NCBI RefSeq assembly: GCF_028641065.1
Contig: NC_073392.1
Coordinates: 38,006,001 to 38,070,000 of the forward strand
Direction: 5' to 3'
Length of the DNA: 64,000 nt
Source of the DNA: Leucoraja erinacea
Lineage: Eukaryota
Of this stretch, positions 11,964-25,221 are shown one piece after another. The notes below the pieces were generated by a model. That model saw only the letters and a list, made by a program, of their open reading frames with translations. It searched no databases and was not told where the DNA came from. Numbering within the stretch: position 1 is the stretch's first letter; the number at the start of each line of letters is the position of its first letter. The position numbers and the translations under genes are program-made.

Positions 11964-12431
11964 CACTATTTCACTATCCTTAATTCTGTTGTAAATTCAG
12001 GAGCAAGAATGATACCTAAGGGTTGCAGTTTTCAATTTCATTCAATCTCTTCACAAAATAACTGGAAATTATTTATTAGCAAAATACAACATGTTGGATG
12101 AACCCAGCGGGTCAGACACCATCTGGAGGAAATGGACAGATGACGTTTTAGATTCTTCTGACTTACTCTCTGTGGACATTATTTATCTTTGGGCCGATTA
12201 TTGGCAAGTAACATCTGTATCAGACAAGTGCCAGATAATTACCATTTCCAACCACAATCCATTGACATTCTGTCATTGCAATTAATTAAATCTCCACCCT
12301 CAGTTCCAAGGCGTCACCATTGGCAAGGTTCGTAGAGCTAAACAGAGAATAGGATGGGATTTGCCTCCGTATTTCCACAATGTGTTTACATTAATTATCG
12401 GAACACATCAGGAGCTTTATGGTCATTCAAA

Positions 12432-12977
12432 AGGGCCTGTCCCACTTGGGCGACCTAATCTGCGAGTTCTGCCGAGTTTGCCCTCGACTCGTACTCGCAG
12501 CATGGTCGACACGAGGTCATAGGAGGTCTTTGTAACTCTCCTTCATGCTCGAGAGTAGTCTCCGTGTACTCAAGGCCTCCGCTAGGTCGCGGCGTATTTT
12601 TCAACATGATGAAAAATGCCCACGAGTGAAAAAAGGTCGGCGTGGAAAAAAATCAATACTTTTTTTACTCGTAGGTTTGGTCGTAGTAGGTCGGCATGTT
12701 AGTCATAGGTAATCGAGGGTAGTCGAAGGTAGTCAGTCGTAGATAGTCTTCATCATAGTCGAAGGGAGGTCGAAGGAGATCGAAGGAGGTCGTCTTCACT
12801 CTCCACTATTCGGCGTCCAATTTTCCCGAAGTTAGTCATAGCTAGTCGAAGCTAGTCTTCAATATTCGAAGGAAGTCTTCTACATAGTCAAAGGAGGTCT
12901 TCAACATGACATTTTTTTCAAACTCTCCTATGCACTTCTAACCTCGCCAATTAGGTTGCCCAAGTGTGACAGCTCCT
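12432..12977. mobile_element. PIF/Harbinger-like MITE
   Basis: AGGGCCTGTCCCACTTGGGCGACCTAAT versus ATTAGGTTGCCCAAGTGTGACAGCTCCT|TAA. Interior made of short GTCGAAG/TAGTC repeats. Confidence 0.75.
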
Positions 12978-13164
12978 TAACAGTACTTATAGCTCAACAC
13001 CATCCAGTAGTACCTAATCTAGTTGATTAGATCTCCATCTACCACTCTAATTACCACATACCATTGTATGGATTGTCCACAAGATGTGACCAGGGCAAGA
13101 AAAAGACACAAAGTGCAGGAGTAATTCAGCAAGTCAGGCAGCATTTCTGCTGAACATGATTAGG

Positions 13165-13192
13165 TGATGTTTCGAGTCAGGACCCTTCTTCA
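13165..13192 (-). ncRNA. Minimal hammerhead ribozyme-like motif in unit of about 13100-13330
   Basis: Reverse complement reads CUGAAGA-A-GGGUCCUGACUC-GAAAC-AUC. Confidence 0.45.
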
Positions 13193-13467
13193 GGCTGATT
13201 ATGGTGGAGATGGGGGTGGAGGGTGGACAAAGTCTGGAAAGTGATAGGTGAATACAGGCAAGGACTTTTATTTGGATTAGCAGTTGGTTGAACAAAGACC
13301 AGAGATGAAAAGACAAAAATTGAGAGATAACCAAAGCTTCCATGTTGCTTCTCAACCCTATGACATCCACCAGCTAGCAGAACAAATGAATCAAGTGCCT
13401 GGGAACAAAACCATCAACAAAATCATCTGCAAAGTCATACACTCTCCTGACATGGATATGTATCTTA

Positions 13468-13752
13468 GTTTTACTTTAGTTTAGAGATACAGCGTGGAAA
13501 CGCACCAAATCTGCGCTAATCAGTGATCCCTGCACACCATCACTACCCTACCCACACCAGGGACAATTTACAATTATACCACGCCAATTAACCTACAAAC
13601 CTGTATGTCTTTGGAGTGTGGGAGGAATCCGGAGATCTGGAGAAAACCCACGGGGAGATCGTACAAACTCTGTGCAGACAAGCACCCATAGTCAGGATCC
13701 AACCTGGGTCTCTGGTGCTGTAAGGCAGGAACTCTATCGCTGCGCCACCAAG
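13468..13752 (-). mobile_element. HE1/V-SINE
   Basis: Reverse complement has a TGGTGGCGCAGCG A-box-like head, the core and the tail. Confidence 0.85.
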
Positions 13753-14356
13753 CTGCCTGTAATTCCTTAATCTTTAATGATGTAAAAGGCTGGAACTCTA
13801 ATAACACTATAGCAAACTTTACACAAATTGAGAAGATGAAAAAGGCTGCCATTCACTAACTCTTTGGTGATAATTGGGAATGAACAGAGGTACCCATGCC
13901 CTGTGATTCCATTTCTTTTCAAATTCCCTATAAGTTTTATTTTGTGAAGTTTTGAATTAAGTATCCTGTTTTTATTTGGAATTTGTTTATACTGTGAGTT
14001 GTTTGTGATTCCCTATGAAGTAAACTTTGCCAAATTATTTTAACATAACATTTTTCCAATATTTGGAAATAGCCTTTCCTGCAATGGGGAAACTCCCTGA
14101 ACTGTGTTTTCAAAGACTCTCTTTAGACTGGAGACACCAATGTTTTTTTTTCCCCGGCAGAAAAATAACTTGCACGTCCACTTAAGAAATGTCTCTTACG
14201 AATATGAGCTTGAATTAGAATTTAAAGCCTACATTGTATCAGTTTAATAGTGCCTTTCTTTAAATTTTTCATATAATTTAAATATAAAATTATGATTTTA
14301 AATGTTTCCCTCTTGTATGTGGGAGATGCTTATTTGCAAATTTAATGGTTATTTAA

Positions 14357-14972
14357 TGAGTATAGAAGCTGGGATGTAGTGTGAAAATTGTACAAGGCAT
14401 TGGTGAGACCAAATCTGGAGTATGGTGTACAATTTTGGTCGCCCAATTATAGGAACGATGTCAACAAAATAGAGAGAGTACAGAGGAGATTTACTAGAAT
14501 GTTGCTTGGGTTTCAGCAACTAAGTTACAGAGATAGGTTGAATAAGTTAGGGCTTTATTCTCTGGAGCGCAGAAGGTTAACGGGGGGCTTGACAGAGGTC
14601 TTTAAAATGATGAGAGGGATAGACTGAGTTGATGTGGACAAGCTTTTCCCTTTGAGAATAGGGAAGATTCAGACAAGAGGACATGACTTCGGAATTAAGG
14701 GACAGAAGTTTAGGGGTAAGATGAGGAGGGACTTCTTTACTCAGAGAGTGGTAGCGGTGTGGAATGAGCTTCCAGTGGAAGTGGTGGAGGCAGGTTCGTT
14801 GGTATCATTTAAAAATAAATTGGATAAGCATATGGATGAGAAGGGAATGGAGGGTTATGGTATGAGTGCAGGCAGGTGGGACTAAGGGAAAATAATTGTT
14901 CAGCACTGACTTGTAGCGCCGAGATGGCCTGTTTCCGTGCTGTAATTGTTATATGGTTATATGGTTATGGTT
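14357..14972 (+). mobile_element. CR1 LINE 3' region
   Basis: YKALVRPNLEYGVQFWSP...ERVQRRFTRM...FFTQRVVAVWNELP and a (TTATATGG)n tail. Confidence 0.92.
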
Positions 14973-15699
14973 AAAATTATTTGCAAACCTCACTCTTGCA
15001 GTAACGGAACACTGTTAATAAGGATGCAACATAGAATGTTATTTCTTTTGAGATCTTGTAGTTATCCTTCCAAATTTATTTGCAAAAAAACCATGAACTA
15101 TAATAATTGAATACTTAGAAAGTTATCAGCATTCCAGTTTTGATTCAATATTTAGTTTTCATTGATCCTTCCCCTTTTAATTATTTAACTTTTCAATTGG
15201 ATATCTTGACTCCATTGCCATGACTATGGATTATTTATTGTCTCTAGTTTTCACAGCGAAGCATGAGCTTTAATTTTGACTGTACCTCCCAACTGAGCAG
15301 TACTTCTTTATCAGGTTGCATATCCTTTGGCCCACCTTAGAATAAATGCTCGGCAAAGCTGGAGTTTATATATTTTTTGTTAATTTTCTTTTATCTCCTC
15401 TCTACATAAATACTACCTGACCTAGATTACCTCCAGTCATTTCTGTTTTACTTCAGATTTCCAGCATTTTTAGTAGTTTCTTTTGATATTATGATGTAAG
15501 CTTTAGCTTTAGCCTGGTGAGAGAATCATTTATTCCTTTATAGTGTACTTGAGGAATTTAGAGTGCATGCAGTCTTCAGATTTGTAGGATGAATAATTGG
15601 ACCAGGACATGCAACTGAATTTCAACTTGCAACTGAATTATGCAGTTCTTGCATAATTCTCATTTTTGTAACAATATTATAAATTCCCACGTTTCCAGT

Positions 15700-18510
15700 T
15701 CAGCAGCTGAAAGCAGGAGTTGACGAGCAGACATTTGACAGGCAGCACACTCAACAAGATCAGTTTCAGTTGAGCAGCTGAACGCAGTTAGCTTCGTGGA
15801 GTCACCTCTCAGTGGATGTGTAGAAAGGACCACAGACACCAATGGAGCAGCCTGTTGGGATGAGGCTGGGTGGCGGTGAAGTGCTTTGTGGAGGATAAGT
15901 GTTGTGGCTTCAGCTCAAGGGGGTTTCGGTGAAAGGGGCGATGGTGGGCTGGTTATGGTTTGTATACTTTCCATCATAAATTGTGCTTTGTTTAACGCGG
16001 TAGAGATGGTAGCTATAGCAGTGGTATGCTCTTCCTGCAGGATGAGGGAAGTTAGGGAAATGTCCGGTGTCCTTGAGCACTGCACCTGTGGGAAGTGCAT
16101 CCATTGCAGCTCCTTACAGACCGCTTCAGGGAACTGGAGCAGCAGCTGGACAACCTCAGGGCCCTGCGGGAGACTGAGGATGTCGTAGATAGGAGTTACA
16201 GTGAGGTGGTCACGCACAATGTACAGGCAGAAAGGAGATGGGCGACCATCAGAAAAGGGAGATGACTGAGTGCAGGAACCTCTGAGGCCATTCCCCAAGA
16301 CAACAAGTCTGCCCCTTTGCAAACTAGTCTTGGGAGAGCAGAGTTGATTAATGTGAATGTCACTGCAGTAGTCCAAGATGATAAAAATCACTGATCCGGG
16401 TTCACCCTGTGAGGCTATATGGTCTCTGAAGAGTTAATGCAAAGGCAGGGATACAGATTTATAGACCATTAGGATGTCATCTGAGGTGGAAGTGACCTGT
16501 ATAAGTGAGACGGATTGCACTGAATTGCAGAGAAGTACTGGTGGCCAGGTTAGTGCCCTCCACATAGCTGGTAAGGCAGCCGGATTAAATATTAATGCGA
16601 AAAACTTGGGATGTTATAACCAATATGGAAACCTGGCTAAGGGATGCACAGAATATGGTATCAGTAGATTGCTGGTAGCTGCAGGACTAAAAGGGTTATC
16701 ACAGTCGGGGATTTTAACGTTTCCAATATCGACTGGCCATGTCATGGTGCCAAAGGCATAGACAGGGTGGAATTTGTTAAATGTGTTCTGGAAAGTTCCC
16801 TGAAGCAATTATGCAGAGAGCTCTTCAGGGGAGAGGGCTAATCTTGACCTATTCTTAGGAAATTCAAATTCTATTAGCTTTAAAATATCCATAAGTTAAA
16901 CGTCTGAATTGTTCTAAGGCCAACATTATTTGTATAAAAACTTGCTAAAGTTGATTGGAGTAGGTTATTTGCAGGCAAAGGGACCTCCCAAAAGTGGAAT
17001 GCTTTTAAATGAGTGACGGTGAGAGTTCAAGGCATGCATGTTCCTGTAAGACACAGCAGTTGGGTTAAGAAAGCTTGGATGATGGGAGGAATTGATGCTC
17101 TGGTCAAGAAAAAGGAGGCATGGGACAACTATAGGCAGCTGAGATTGAGTGTGTTCCTGAAAGAGTTTAGGGGAGTAGATTGAGGAGTATATACAAGAAG
17201 AAAATGTGGAGGGCAAAAAGAGGGCAGGAGATAGTTCCAGTCGATACGACTGAGGAGAATTATATTAAAGAAAAGCGAGCAACTTGAAAGAGAACGGGGC
17301 ACATCAGAGATCTTCAGAAACCGGGTGGCACATTGGTGTAGAGATAGAGTTGCTTCCTCACAGTGTCAAAGATCCAAGTTCAATCCTGATTACAGGTGCT
17401 GTCTGTTTGGAGTTTACACGTTCCTCCTGTAACTACACTGGTTTCCTCTGGGTGCTGCAGTTTCCCCACAGATTCAAAAACTTGCAGGTTTATAGGTTGA
17501 TTGGCTTCTTCTGACCTACTGTATAGATGCAAAGATTGACAGCGTGGAGCCAATGGGTCGAAGGGCTTGTATCCATGCTGCACCCCTATGTAGAGCAGCA
17601 GGAGATGGGCAAGGTCCTCAATGAGTATTTTTAATGCGAAGAAAGACTTGAAGGGTAGGGAACTATTAATAGAAATGTCTTGAGGATACTCCATATTATG
17701 GTTGAGGAGATGTTGCACTTCCTAAGGTGTATGAATGTAGATAAATCTCTGGATCCTTATCAGATATATCTGAGGGCTCAGTCGGAAGCTAAAGAAAAAA
17801 TTGCAGGAGCCCTGGCTGAGGTATGAATCCTAGCTAGACACTGGTGAGGTGCTGGATAACTGTAAGAGTGACGAAGGTTGTGCCTCAATTTGAGAAGGGC
17901 TGCAAGGAAAAGCCTGGGAACTATAGACCAGTGAGCCTAATGTCTGGAGTAGGTGAGGTACTGGAGAGGACACTGAGGGATAAGATATATATGCATTTGG
18001 TTAGATGGATTGATAATGAATAGTCAGCTTGGTTTTGTTTATAGATCATGTCTTACAAATGTATTTACATTTTTTGAAGAAGTAATCAAGAAAGTTGATG
18101 AGGGCAAGACTAGATGTTGTCTATATTGACTTCAGCAAGGCCTTTGAGAAGGGATATGGCGATCTTATACAGATGTATAACATCATGAGGGCAGTCGAAA
18201 GGGTGAATGTACAAAGTATTTTACCCAAGATAGGGGAATCTAAAACCAGAGGACATAGATTTAATGTGAGTGGGGGGACATTCAGTTGGAACCCAAAGGG
18301 CAACTTTTCCACTAAGAGGGTGGCTGATACATGAAATGAGCTTCCAGAGGAGATAGTTGAGGCAGGTACTAGAACAGCATTTAAAAGACATTTGGACAGG
18401 TAAGTGGATAAGAAAGATTCAGAGGGATGTGGGCTAAACGTGGCCAAATGGGACAAGCTTAGATGGGGCATGGACGTGGGCCAAAGGGCTGTTTCCATGC
18501 TGTATGGCTA
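15700..18510 (+). mobile_element. Long decayed CR1 LINE retaining ORF1 remnants
   Basis: ORF1 Cys motif AVVCSSCRMREV...CTCGKCI, then endonuclease and RT remnants (PGNYRPVSL, VVYIDFSKAF, TRGHRF). Internal deletions; SINE inserted at about 17322. Confidence 0.8.
17322..17583 (+). mobile_element. HE1/V-SINE inside CR1
   Basis: tRNA-like head and core. Confidence 0.7.
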
Positions 18511-19406
18511 TATACATTTTAGACTGCCTTTGAATTGTCATCCTTCCATATCCCAAAAACATGCAAATTATTTGGTCACTGTAAATGATTGAAGTGGTCG
18601 AATTTGGGCTATTTGAAGGAATATGGGGAGAATAAAATGAATAGTGTTAGTATAAATTGGTCTTTGGTGGTCTGTGTCATCGTGGTGGAACTGGACCAAG
18701 ATGGCCGAGCATTCCTTTTCTCCAGTTCAGTCATGAAATCTCCAAAACACAACTTATCCACTGATTCCAAGAAGGGGGCTAACTATTTAATCCTTAAATC
18801 CTTATTATTTCTATATTCTGACCAAAGATCCCCACACTAACTTTCAAACTCTCCATTTTCCATTCCCCACCACCTGGCCGGAGACTTCTTTTGATGGTAT
18901 TGCATTACAGAAAATAGAAGATGTACAGTTAATACCAAATTTTTCAGGTTGGAGGGAGAATTGAATTTTGCAAAATCAAATCTAGTAGATTGGCATGCTG
19001 TTTAACAGTGAACAAAAATAGTGTTCTATACCTCAGTTTCACTTAGCAATGACTCTACCTTCCTCCAGACATTATATTTACCACTCTCTGGGTGAGATTT
19101 TAAATTATATTTCACCATTTGGTTATATTTAGATCTTGCTGATGGACTCATCACTTCTGTTTAACCTTCATCTGTAATTCGGTCCAAAATAATTATTACA
19201 TGTAGTAACTCAAGAACATTAGGTAAAATTACAGAAAATAGGACTGTTCGACCTTGCAATTCAATATGTTTATGGCACATCCTCTAGCTCAATACCATAT
19301 TCTTGCTTTCCCCCTCTGATGCTTTTGTGTCAAGAAATTAATCAATCTCTTCCTCAAATATATCTAGTAATTTGGTTTCCTTCATGCTCTGTGGAATCGC
19401 AAAGAT

Positions 19407-19560
19407 NNNNNNNNNNNNNNNNNNNNNNNNNNNNNNNNNNNNNNNNNNNNNNNNNNNNNNNNNNNNNNNNNNNNNNNNNNNNNNNNNNNNNNNNNNNNNN
19501 NNNNNNNNNNNNNNNNNNNNNNNNNNNNNNNNNNNNNNNNNNNNNNNNNNNNNNNNNNNN
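19407..19560. other. Assembly gap (154 N)
   Basis: N run. Confidence 1.
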
Positions 19561-20040
19561 GTTGGCGCTGTAATTAACATGGCTAACAGAGTGTATGGTC
19601 TTTAAAAGAGGGTGGAGAGAGAGGGGGGGAGAAGGAATGGAGACAACTCAGCGGGCATTAGTGGAAAGAACTCAGCGGACATTACCAGTCGGTTATCCTT
19701 GGTTCTGAAAACTACTGCTTACCTTTTTTTCCCAATGAGCCAATGAAATTCACCGGTCAGCACCGGCTACAACCCACTAGAACCTCCTGGCGACCCACCT
19801 ACGGCACGAGAATTCTCGCTACTCTCGATGGCGGCTTCATTCTCGTCGCCGCTAATTTTTCAACATGTTGAAAAATTTGCGGTGCCCATTATGAGGCCGC
19901 GACTAGTTACCAGAATGCGGGAAGTCGTCGCGACCATGAAGGCGACTCCCCGGCAACCACCCGTGAACATGTGGCGACCATGTGGCAACTGCATAGTCTC
20001 CTGCAGTCGCATAAAAGGTCGCATAAGTAGGACAGGCCCA
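19561..20040. mobile_element. PIF/Harbinger-like MITE, left end in the gap
   Basis: Right end TAAGTAGGACAGGCCCA|TAA and a CpG-rich GGCGAC-motif interior like the other copies. Confidence 0.6.
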
Positions 20041-20184
20041 TAAGTTTAAGAAAAGAGAATTAATGATTTCTGCAGGCAATTCTGTGAGGAGGATGTGCTG
20101 TGCCTTTTTTCTCTCCTGCATAATTTAGCTGTGATCAGATATTCCTAAAACACCCAGTTGCTGCAGAACTACTGTTTTCCTTTA

Positions 20185-20486
20185 TAGAAACATAGAAACA
20201 TAGAAAATAGGTGCAGGAGTAGGCCATTCGGCCCTTCGAGCTTGCACCGCCATTCAATATGATCATGGCTGATCATCCAACTCAGTATCCTGTTCCTGCC
20301 TTCTCTCCATACCCCCTGATCCCCTTAGCCACAAGGGCCACATCTAACTCCCTCTTAAATATAGCCAATGAACTGGCCTCAACTACCTTCTGCAGCAGAG
20401 AATTCCAGAGATTCACCACTTTCTGTGTGAAAAAAGTTTTCCTCATCTCGGTCCTAAAAGATTTCCCCCTTATCCTTAAACTATGA
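20185..20486 (-). mobile_element. CR1 LINE 3' end
   Basis: HSLRIRGKSFRTEMRKTFFTQKVVNLWNSL on the minus strand; (CATAGAAA)n. Confidence 0.9.
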
Positions 20487-21077
20487 GACATAGCTTAAGG
20501 CTTTGAATTAAAGTAAAATATATTCATGCATATTTATTATTTAAGCAAGGTACTAACCTTGGGTGCAGAGAACACTCGCCTTTCAATTCAGCATAATCTG
20601 AAGCTTTTATAATACTTGCATACGAGATCTTCGGCAGGGCTGCCAACTCTCACGCTTTGAGCATGACGCTCACGCATTTCAGCCAATTCTCACGCCCTTA
20701 CGCTGAAGACAGAATTCTCACGCTGACAGGCTGTCTTCAGTCCCTGCGGAGCTATAGGATCTTTGCTGCACAGTTTGTCTCTTTGCGCTGCATGACAGCG
20801 ATCTGCACGGATTGGGGAAGCGCGTTGGTCCCGGGTAGCGGGTGTCAGCGCTTTTGTGCACCGTCTGCGAGCGCTGCACTTCCGGCTGCCATGACAACCT
20901 CGCTCCCTCCCTCCTGCCCTTCAACTCACACGGCAGCAGCAGCGCCAGCGCCGCCAATCCATGCTGCACCGTGCCCGCCAGGCTCCCCATTGGGCGGCCG
21001 GGGAAAGAGAGGGAGGGGAGAAAGAGAGGGAGGGGGAGGAAAGAGGGAGGGGGCGGATGGAGGAGGGGAAGGAAAGG

Positions 21078-21250
21078 CGTGTGTGTGTCTGTTTCCCTGT
21101 GTGTGTCTCCTTGTGTGTGTGTGTGCCTCCCTGTGTGTGTGTGCGTGTCTCTGTGTCTCCCCGTGTGTGTGTGTCTCCCCGTGTGTGTGTGTGTCTCCCC
21201 GTGTGTGTGTGTGTGTCCCTGTGTGTGTGTATCTCCCCATGTGTGTGTGT
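21078..21250. repeat. Compound (GT)n/CTCCC microsatellite
   Basis: Repeating GTGTGTGTCTCCCC units. Confidence 0.9.
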
Positions 21251-21297
21251 CTTTTGTAAAACATGGGGAGGACCACAATGAGGCCAAACATCTAGGA

Positions 21298-21500
21298 CAG
21301 GGTTCGGCAACCTACGGCACACGGGCTTAATCCGGCCCGTAACCTGAAAAACCACGTTTTTTTTCAATTCGTTTTCGCAGGGTCGGGGCAGGCGAGCCGA
21401 CCTGAGAACTGCAGCCAGTCCCTGGGACGCGAGCTGATCTGGGAACGGCAGCCAGTCCCTGGGCACGCAGAATGCCAATTTGATCATTATGGACAAATTG
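21298..21500 (+). mobile_element. hAT (Charlie-like) terminal fragment nested in the 20635-22343 element
   Basis: ATCTAGGA|CAGGGTTCGGCAACCTACGGCAC resembles Charlie termini and their NTCTAGAN target preference. No matching other end found. Confidence 0.4.
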
Positions 21501-22343
21501 GGCCAGCCACATACATGTTGTATAACTCTGACTCTATGAAGATCTGAATGGGCTTAGAATTACCATTTAAGCAAAATTGCCCCCACTTTCCCCATTTTGA
21601 TTCTTGAAATTAATATCCCTTTGCTCTGTTAACAGCGTTAAAGTACTTATGAGGTCGAGTCAGGAAAGGGAACATGTTATTTCTTTTTAGTTTGCTTTAA
21701 TTTGTTAGTTGATTGTTTGTTGAGTGCCATCATTTCTGAAATGGTCTTAAAGTAACTTAACTGTTTTAAAGCAGTAATAAGTGATTTTTGTCCAAATAAT
21801 TGGAACTTGCATAAAATGTTTGCATTATTAGTAGGACTGCCAACTCTCACGCATTGAGCGTGAGATTCACGCATTTCCCAAAATTCTCACGCTCTCACGC
21901 CGATCTCAAAATTTCTCATGCTCAAATATCTGCGGGTGCTGAAAGTTCAAAATAAAGCAAAAATTGTTTTAGAGGTGAGTAAAAACCATGATGGGAATAT
22001 CAGGTGAATGCATAGTCTTTTTCCCAGGATATGTGATTCAAGCACTTGGTTTAAAGCAGGGCTATCAAACTACCAGCACCAACCCCCCTCCCCCTTCCTC
22101 TCTGAGGCACGGCACACACCTCCCACCCTCACCTCTGGCGGCTCTATGTCCGTCGACCGCTCTGTCCACACCCCATGGAGTTTTAACCCCGGCCCGGAGC
22201 CAGAAGCGGACCGGGTGAGTGCCGCCTCCGGAGCCTACTATGGGAGGGGGAACACCCTACCTCCCACACCCTCCCCCCCCCTCGGGCGCTACACTCCCTC
22301 ACAATTTCTCACTCTCAACTCTCACCCAATGTTGGCAGCCCTG

Positions 22344-22510
22344 TCTTCGGTTTCCTCCCACGCTCCAAAGACGTACAGGTTTGTAGGTTAATTGGAATGG
22401 TGCAAGGGTAAATTGGCCCTAGTGTGGTGAAGAGGGTCACAGGTCGGTGCGGACTCGGTGGGCCGAAGGGCCTGTTTCTGAGCTGTATCTCTATACTAAA
22501 CTAAACTAAC
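22344..22510 (+). mobile_element. HE1/V-SINE 3' part, split by the 7-bp-TSD element
   Basis: Core, GGGCCGAAGGGCCTGTTT and (CTAAA)n. Confidence 0.85.
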
Positions 22511-23621
22511 AGTTGCACAAGGTAATCTAACATAATGGGAAAATTATATTAGCATCAGCGTTGTCTCGGTAGCAGCACCTGAAGGACTGGAGAGTGGCCA
22601 ATGTTGTTACTTTGTTTAAGAAGGGAAGTAGAGCTAATCCAGGGAACTATGGGCTGGCAAGCCTATCCATATACCACCCATATTACTCCCAATGGGAGTA
22701 AATCCTATCTTGAAGAATTCTCTCCAATAGTTTCCCTACCACTGACGTGAATAGAGGTTTCTATACCATGTACAGGCAGATTAGACCAGTTTACCATGAT
22801 ACCAAGTTTGGCACAAACATTGTGGGCGAATGGCCCATTCCTGTACTGTGTTCTATTCCTTGGTATAAATTTTATCTTATTTTACTTGAACTGAAGTATA
22901 TAAATTATTTTCCTAATACTAATAATTAATCTGCAAGGAAATATGCAGTAAATATAAACATGAACCCTGATTTTAAAAATTGCTTTTGAATATAGTTAGA
23001 CATGGGTGAAATATCAGATGACTGGAGGTTGCTAATGTTTTGCCTCTATTTAAGAAATCGTGCAAGGAATAGCCTGGGAACTGGAGACCAGTAAATTATT
23101 TTAACCTGTATGCATCAGCAGTTTGGAATATATTATTTAGTGGCTTCCGGCAACAGTGTGAGTTATTGAAATATACACAAGAGTAGATTAAATGTTTGAA
23201 ATAATTGGAAAGCTGATGGTTTGAAGATTCACTAGGTGCAGACTAGTAAGATGCAATTTATTACAGAAATGCTGAAATGAACAGTATGTGTAGCGCCCTT
23301 TCTGTGACATTTGAGAAGTAATTCGAGTAGTTTATTTCTTCTTTCCGGGACTATAAATAGTGGGAGAAATCTAAACAGTCTTTCATATAAAGCATGTTAA
23401 TGCAAATGTTGTTAACAATATCTGAGGTCTAAATGTGACATGAGTATGGTGAGCAATCCAGCAGTTGAATTAAGTCGCATCGTGGTCACATTTAAAGCTG
23501 CTTTGCAAATTTCTGAAATATTATAGCATTAAAATGGTTCATCTTGTGAAATACTCTTTTTTTTTTTTCCAAAAATAGGAAGAGAAAATATCAATCTAAC
23601 AGTAAGCATGCAAATTTATAA

Positions 23622-24580
23622 AGTCATAGAAGCATAGATTCATACAGCGTGGAAAGAGGCCCTTCAGCACAACGTGCCTACGCCAGCCAACATGCTGCAT
23701 CTAGACTAGTCCCACCTGCCCGCGCTTGGCCCATAACCATCTAAACCTACCTTCTAAACCTACCTTCTAAACCTACCATCTAAACCTATCCTGGCCATGT
23801 ACCTGTCCAAATGTCTCTTAAACATTACGATAGTACCTGCTTCAACTATTTCCTATGGCAAATCGTTCCTTATGCCCACCACACTTTTGTGTAAAAATGT
23901 TACCCCTGAGGTTCCTATTAAATCTTTCCCCCTCATATTAAATCTATGTCTTCTTGTTCTCGATTCCCTACCCTGGACAAAAGACTCTCTATTTTTCCCA
24001 TCTATTCCTCTCATGATCTTGTATATCTCTATAAGATCACCCCTCATCCTCCTGCGCTCCAAGGAATAATGTCCTACCCTGTGCAAACCTTTACCTATAT
24101 CTCAGGCCCTTGAGTCCAGGCAACATCCTTACAAATCCTCTCTGCACACATTCCAGCTTGACCACATAATTCCTATAATATGGTGACCAAAACTGAACAG
24201 AATTTTCTAAATGTGGCGTCACCAATGTATTTTACAACTGTGACATGACCTCCTAACTTCTATAGTTCATACTCTGACAGATGAAGGCCAATATGCCAAA
24301 AGCCTTCTCGACGAACCCTATCTACCAGTGATACCACTTTCAAGGAACTGTGTACCTGCACTCCTAGATTCCCCTGCTCTACAACTTTTCCCAGAGCCCT
24401 GCCTTTCACTTTGTAGGTCCAGCCCTTGTTAGACTACCCAAAATGCAACACCTCAAACTTCTCTGTACTAAATTCCATCAACCGTTCCTCAGCCCACCTG
24501 TCCCACTGATCAAGAATCTGCTGCAATTTTTGACATCTTCACTATCTGCAATACCACCCACAGTAGTATTATTTGCAAAC
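23622..24580 (-). mobile_element. CR1 LINE 3' region
   Basis: YSLERRRMRGDLIEIYKIMRGID...SRTRRHRF on the minus strand. Confidence 0.88.
23739..23790. repeat. 13-bp tandem repeat x4
   Basis: WTCTAAACCTACC repeated four times within a CR1 tail. Confidence 0.9.
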
Positions 24581-25193
24581 TTTGATGACAGAGTTTTACC
24601 ACAGAAAAATAGTTTTAACACTGAATGTGATTCCATTCACAAAATAGGTGGAAAGCTGTACTTGTTTTACTTCCTTTATTTTTGTCAATGTGGGTTTATT
24701 TTTAATTATATTAATTACTGTGCAATTCACTTTCTGTCAGTCGAACGTAATCAAACCAGACTTCTTAGTTAACATATTTTATGTATTAGTCATAATTACA
24801 TTTGTGTGGTGAAGAAGATAATCAATTAATTTGTGATGTGGAAAATCACAACTGAAAAAAATGTTTCACCTTATTTCTAACAGTTAAGAAACTTTTATAT
24901 ATATCAAAATGGTCAATTTTTATATCTGTATCAAACCTGTTCACAAACTTGCATGTTTAAATGTCAACCTCTTTGTTGCAAATGAATGTTAACCTCAAAT
25001 GTTCTAAGTCGCTTAAAATGCAATGAAATAGCTTATTAGTGAGGTATTACATTAAATGCAGTTGGAACATTAATTGTCCTCTCTACTGCCACAGATATTT
25101 TTAGAGCACCTCACGACAATAGAAAAATAGAACTGTATATGAGTAATAGAAATGGAGATGAACATGGCAATTGACAATTAAATTGGCAATTGT

Positions 25194-25221
25194 CTGAGGA
25201 AGGGCCTCGACCCGAAACATC
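25194..25221 (+). ncRNA. Minimal hammerhead ribozyme-like motif in a TSD-flanked 100-bp unit
   Basis: CUGAGGA-A-GGGCCUCGACCC-GAAAC-AUC. Confidence 0.5.

Larger units (their letters stand above)
20635..22343. mobile_element. Non-autonomous TIR DNA transposon with 7-bp TSD (P-like or hAT-like), inserted in a SINE
   Basis: Perfect 13-bp TIR CAGGGCTGCCAAC / GTTGGCAGCCCTG. TCTTCGG duplicated at 20628-20634 and 22344-22350. Subterminal CTCAC(G) repeats. The flanks rejoin to the SINE motif CGAGATCTTCGGTTTCCTCCCAC. Confidence 0.85.

Noticed and set aside
12680-12905. Regularly repeated GTCGAAG/TAGTC motifs, superficially CRISPR-like
   Set aside because: No constant-length repeat-spacer structure, eukaryotic context, and enclosed by MITE TIRs.
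20657-21496. Several overlapping 100-200 aa ORFs (CVCV, THTH rich)
   Set aside because: They are translations of (GT)n and GA-rich low-complexity DNA inside a transposon.
23351-23360. CTATAAATAG MEF2/TATA-like site
   Set aside because: A single 10-mer in AT-rich DNA. The nearby ATG|GTGAGC donor is out of phase with exon 48789 and there is no other support.
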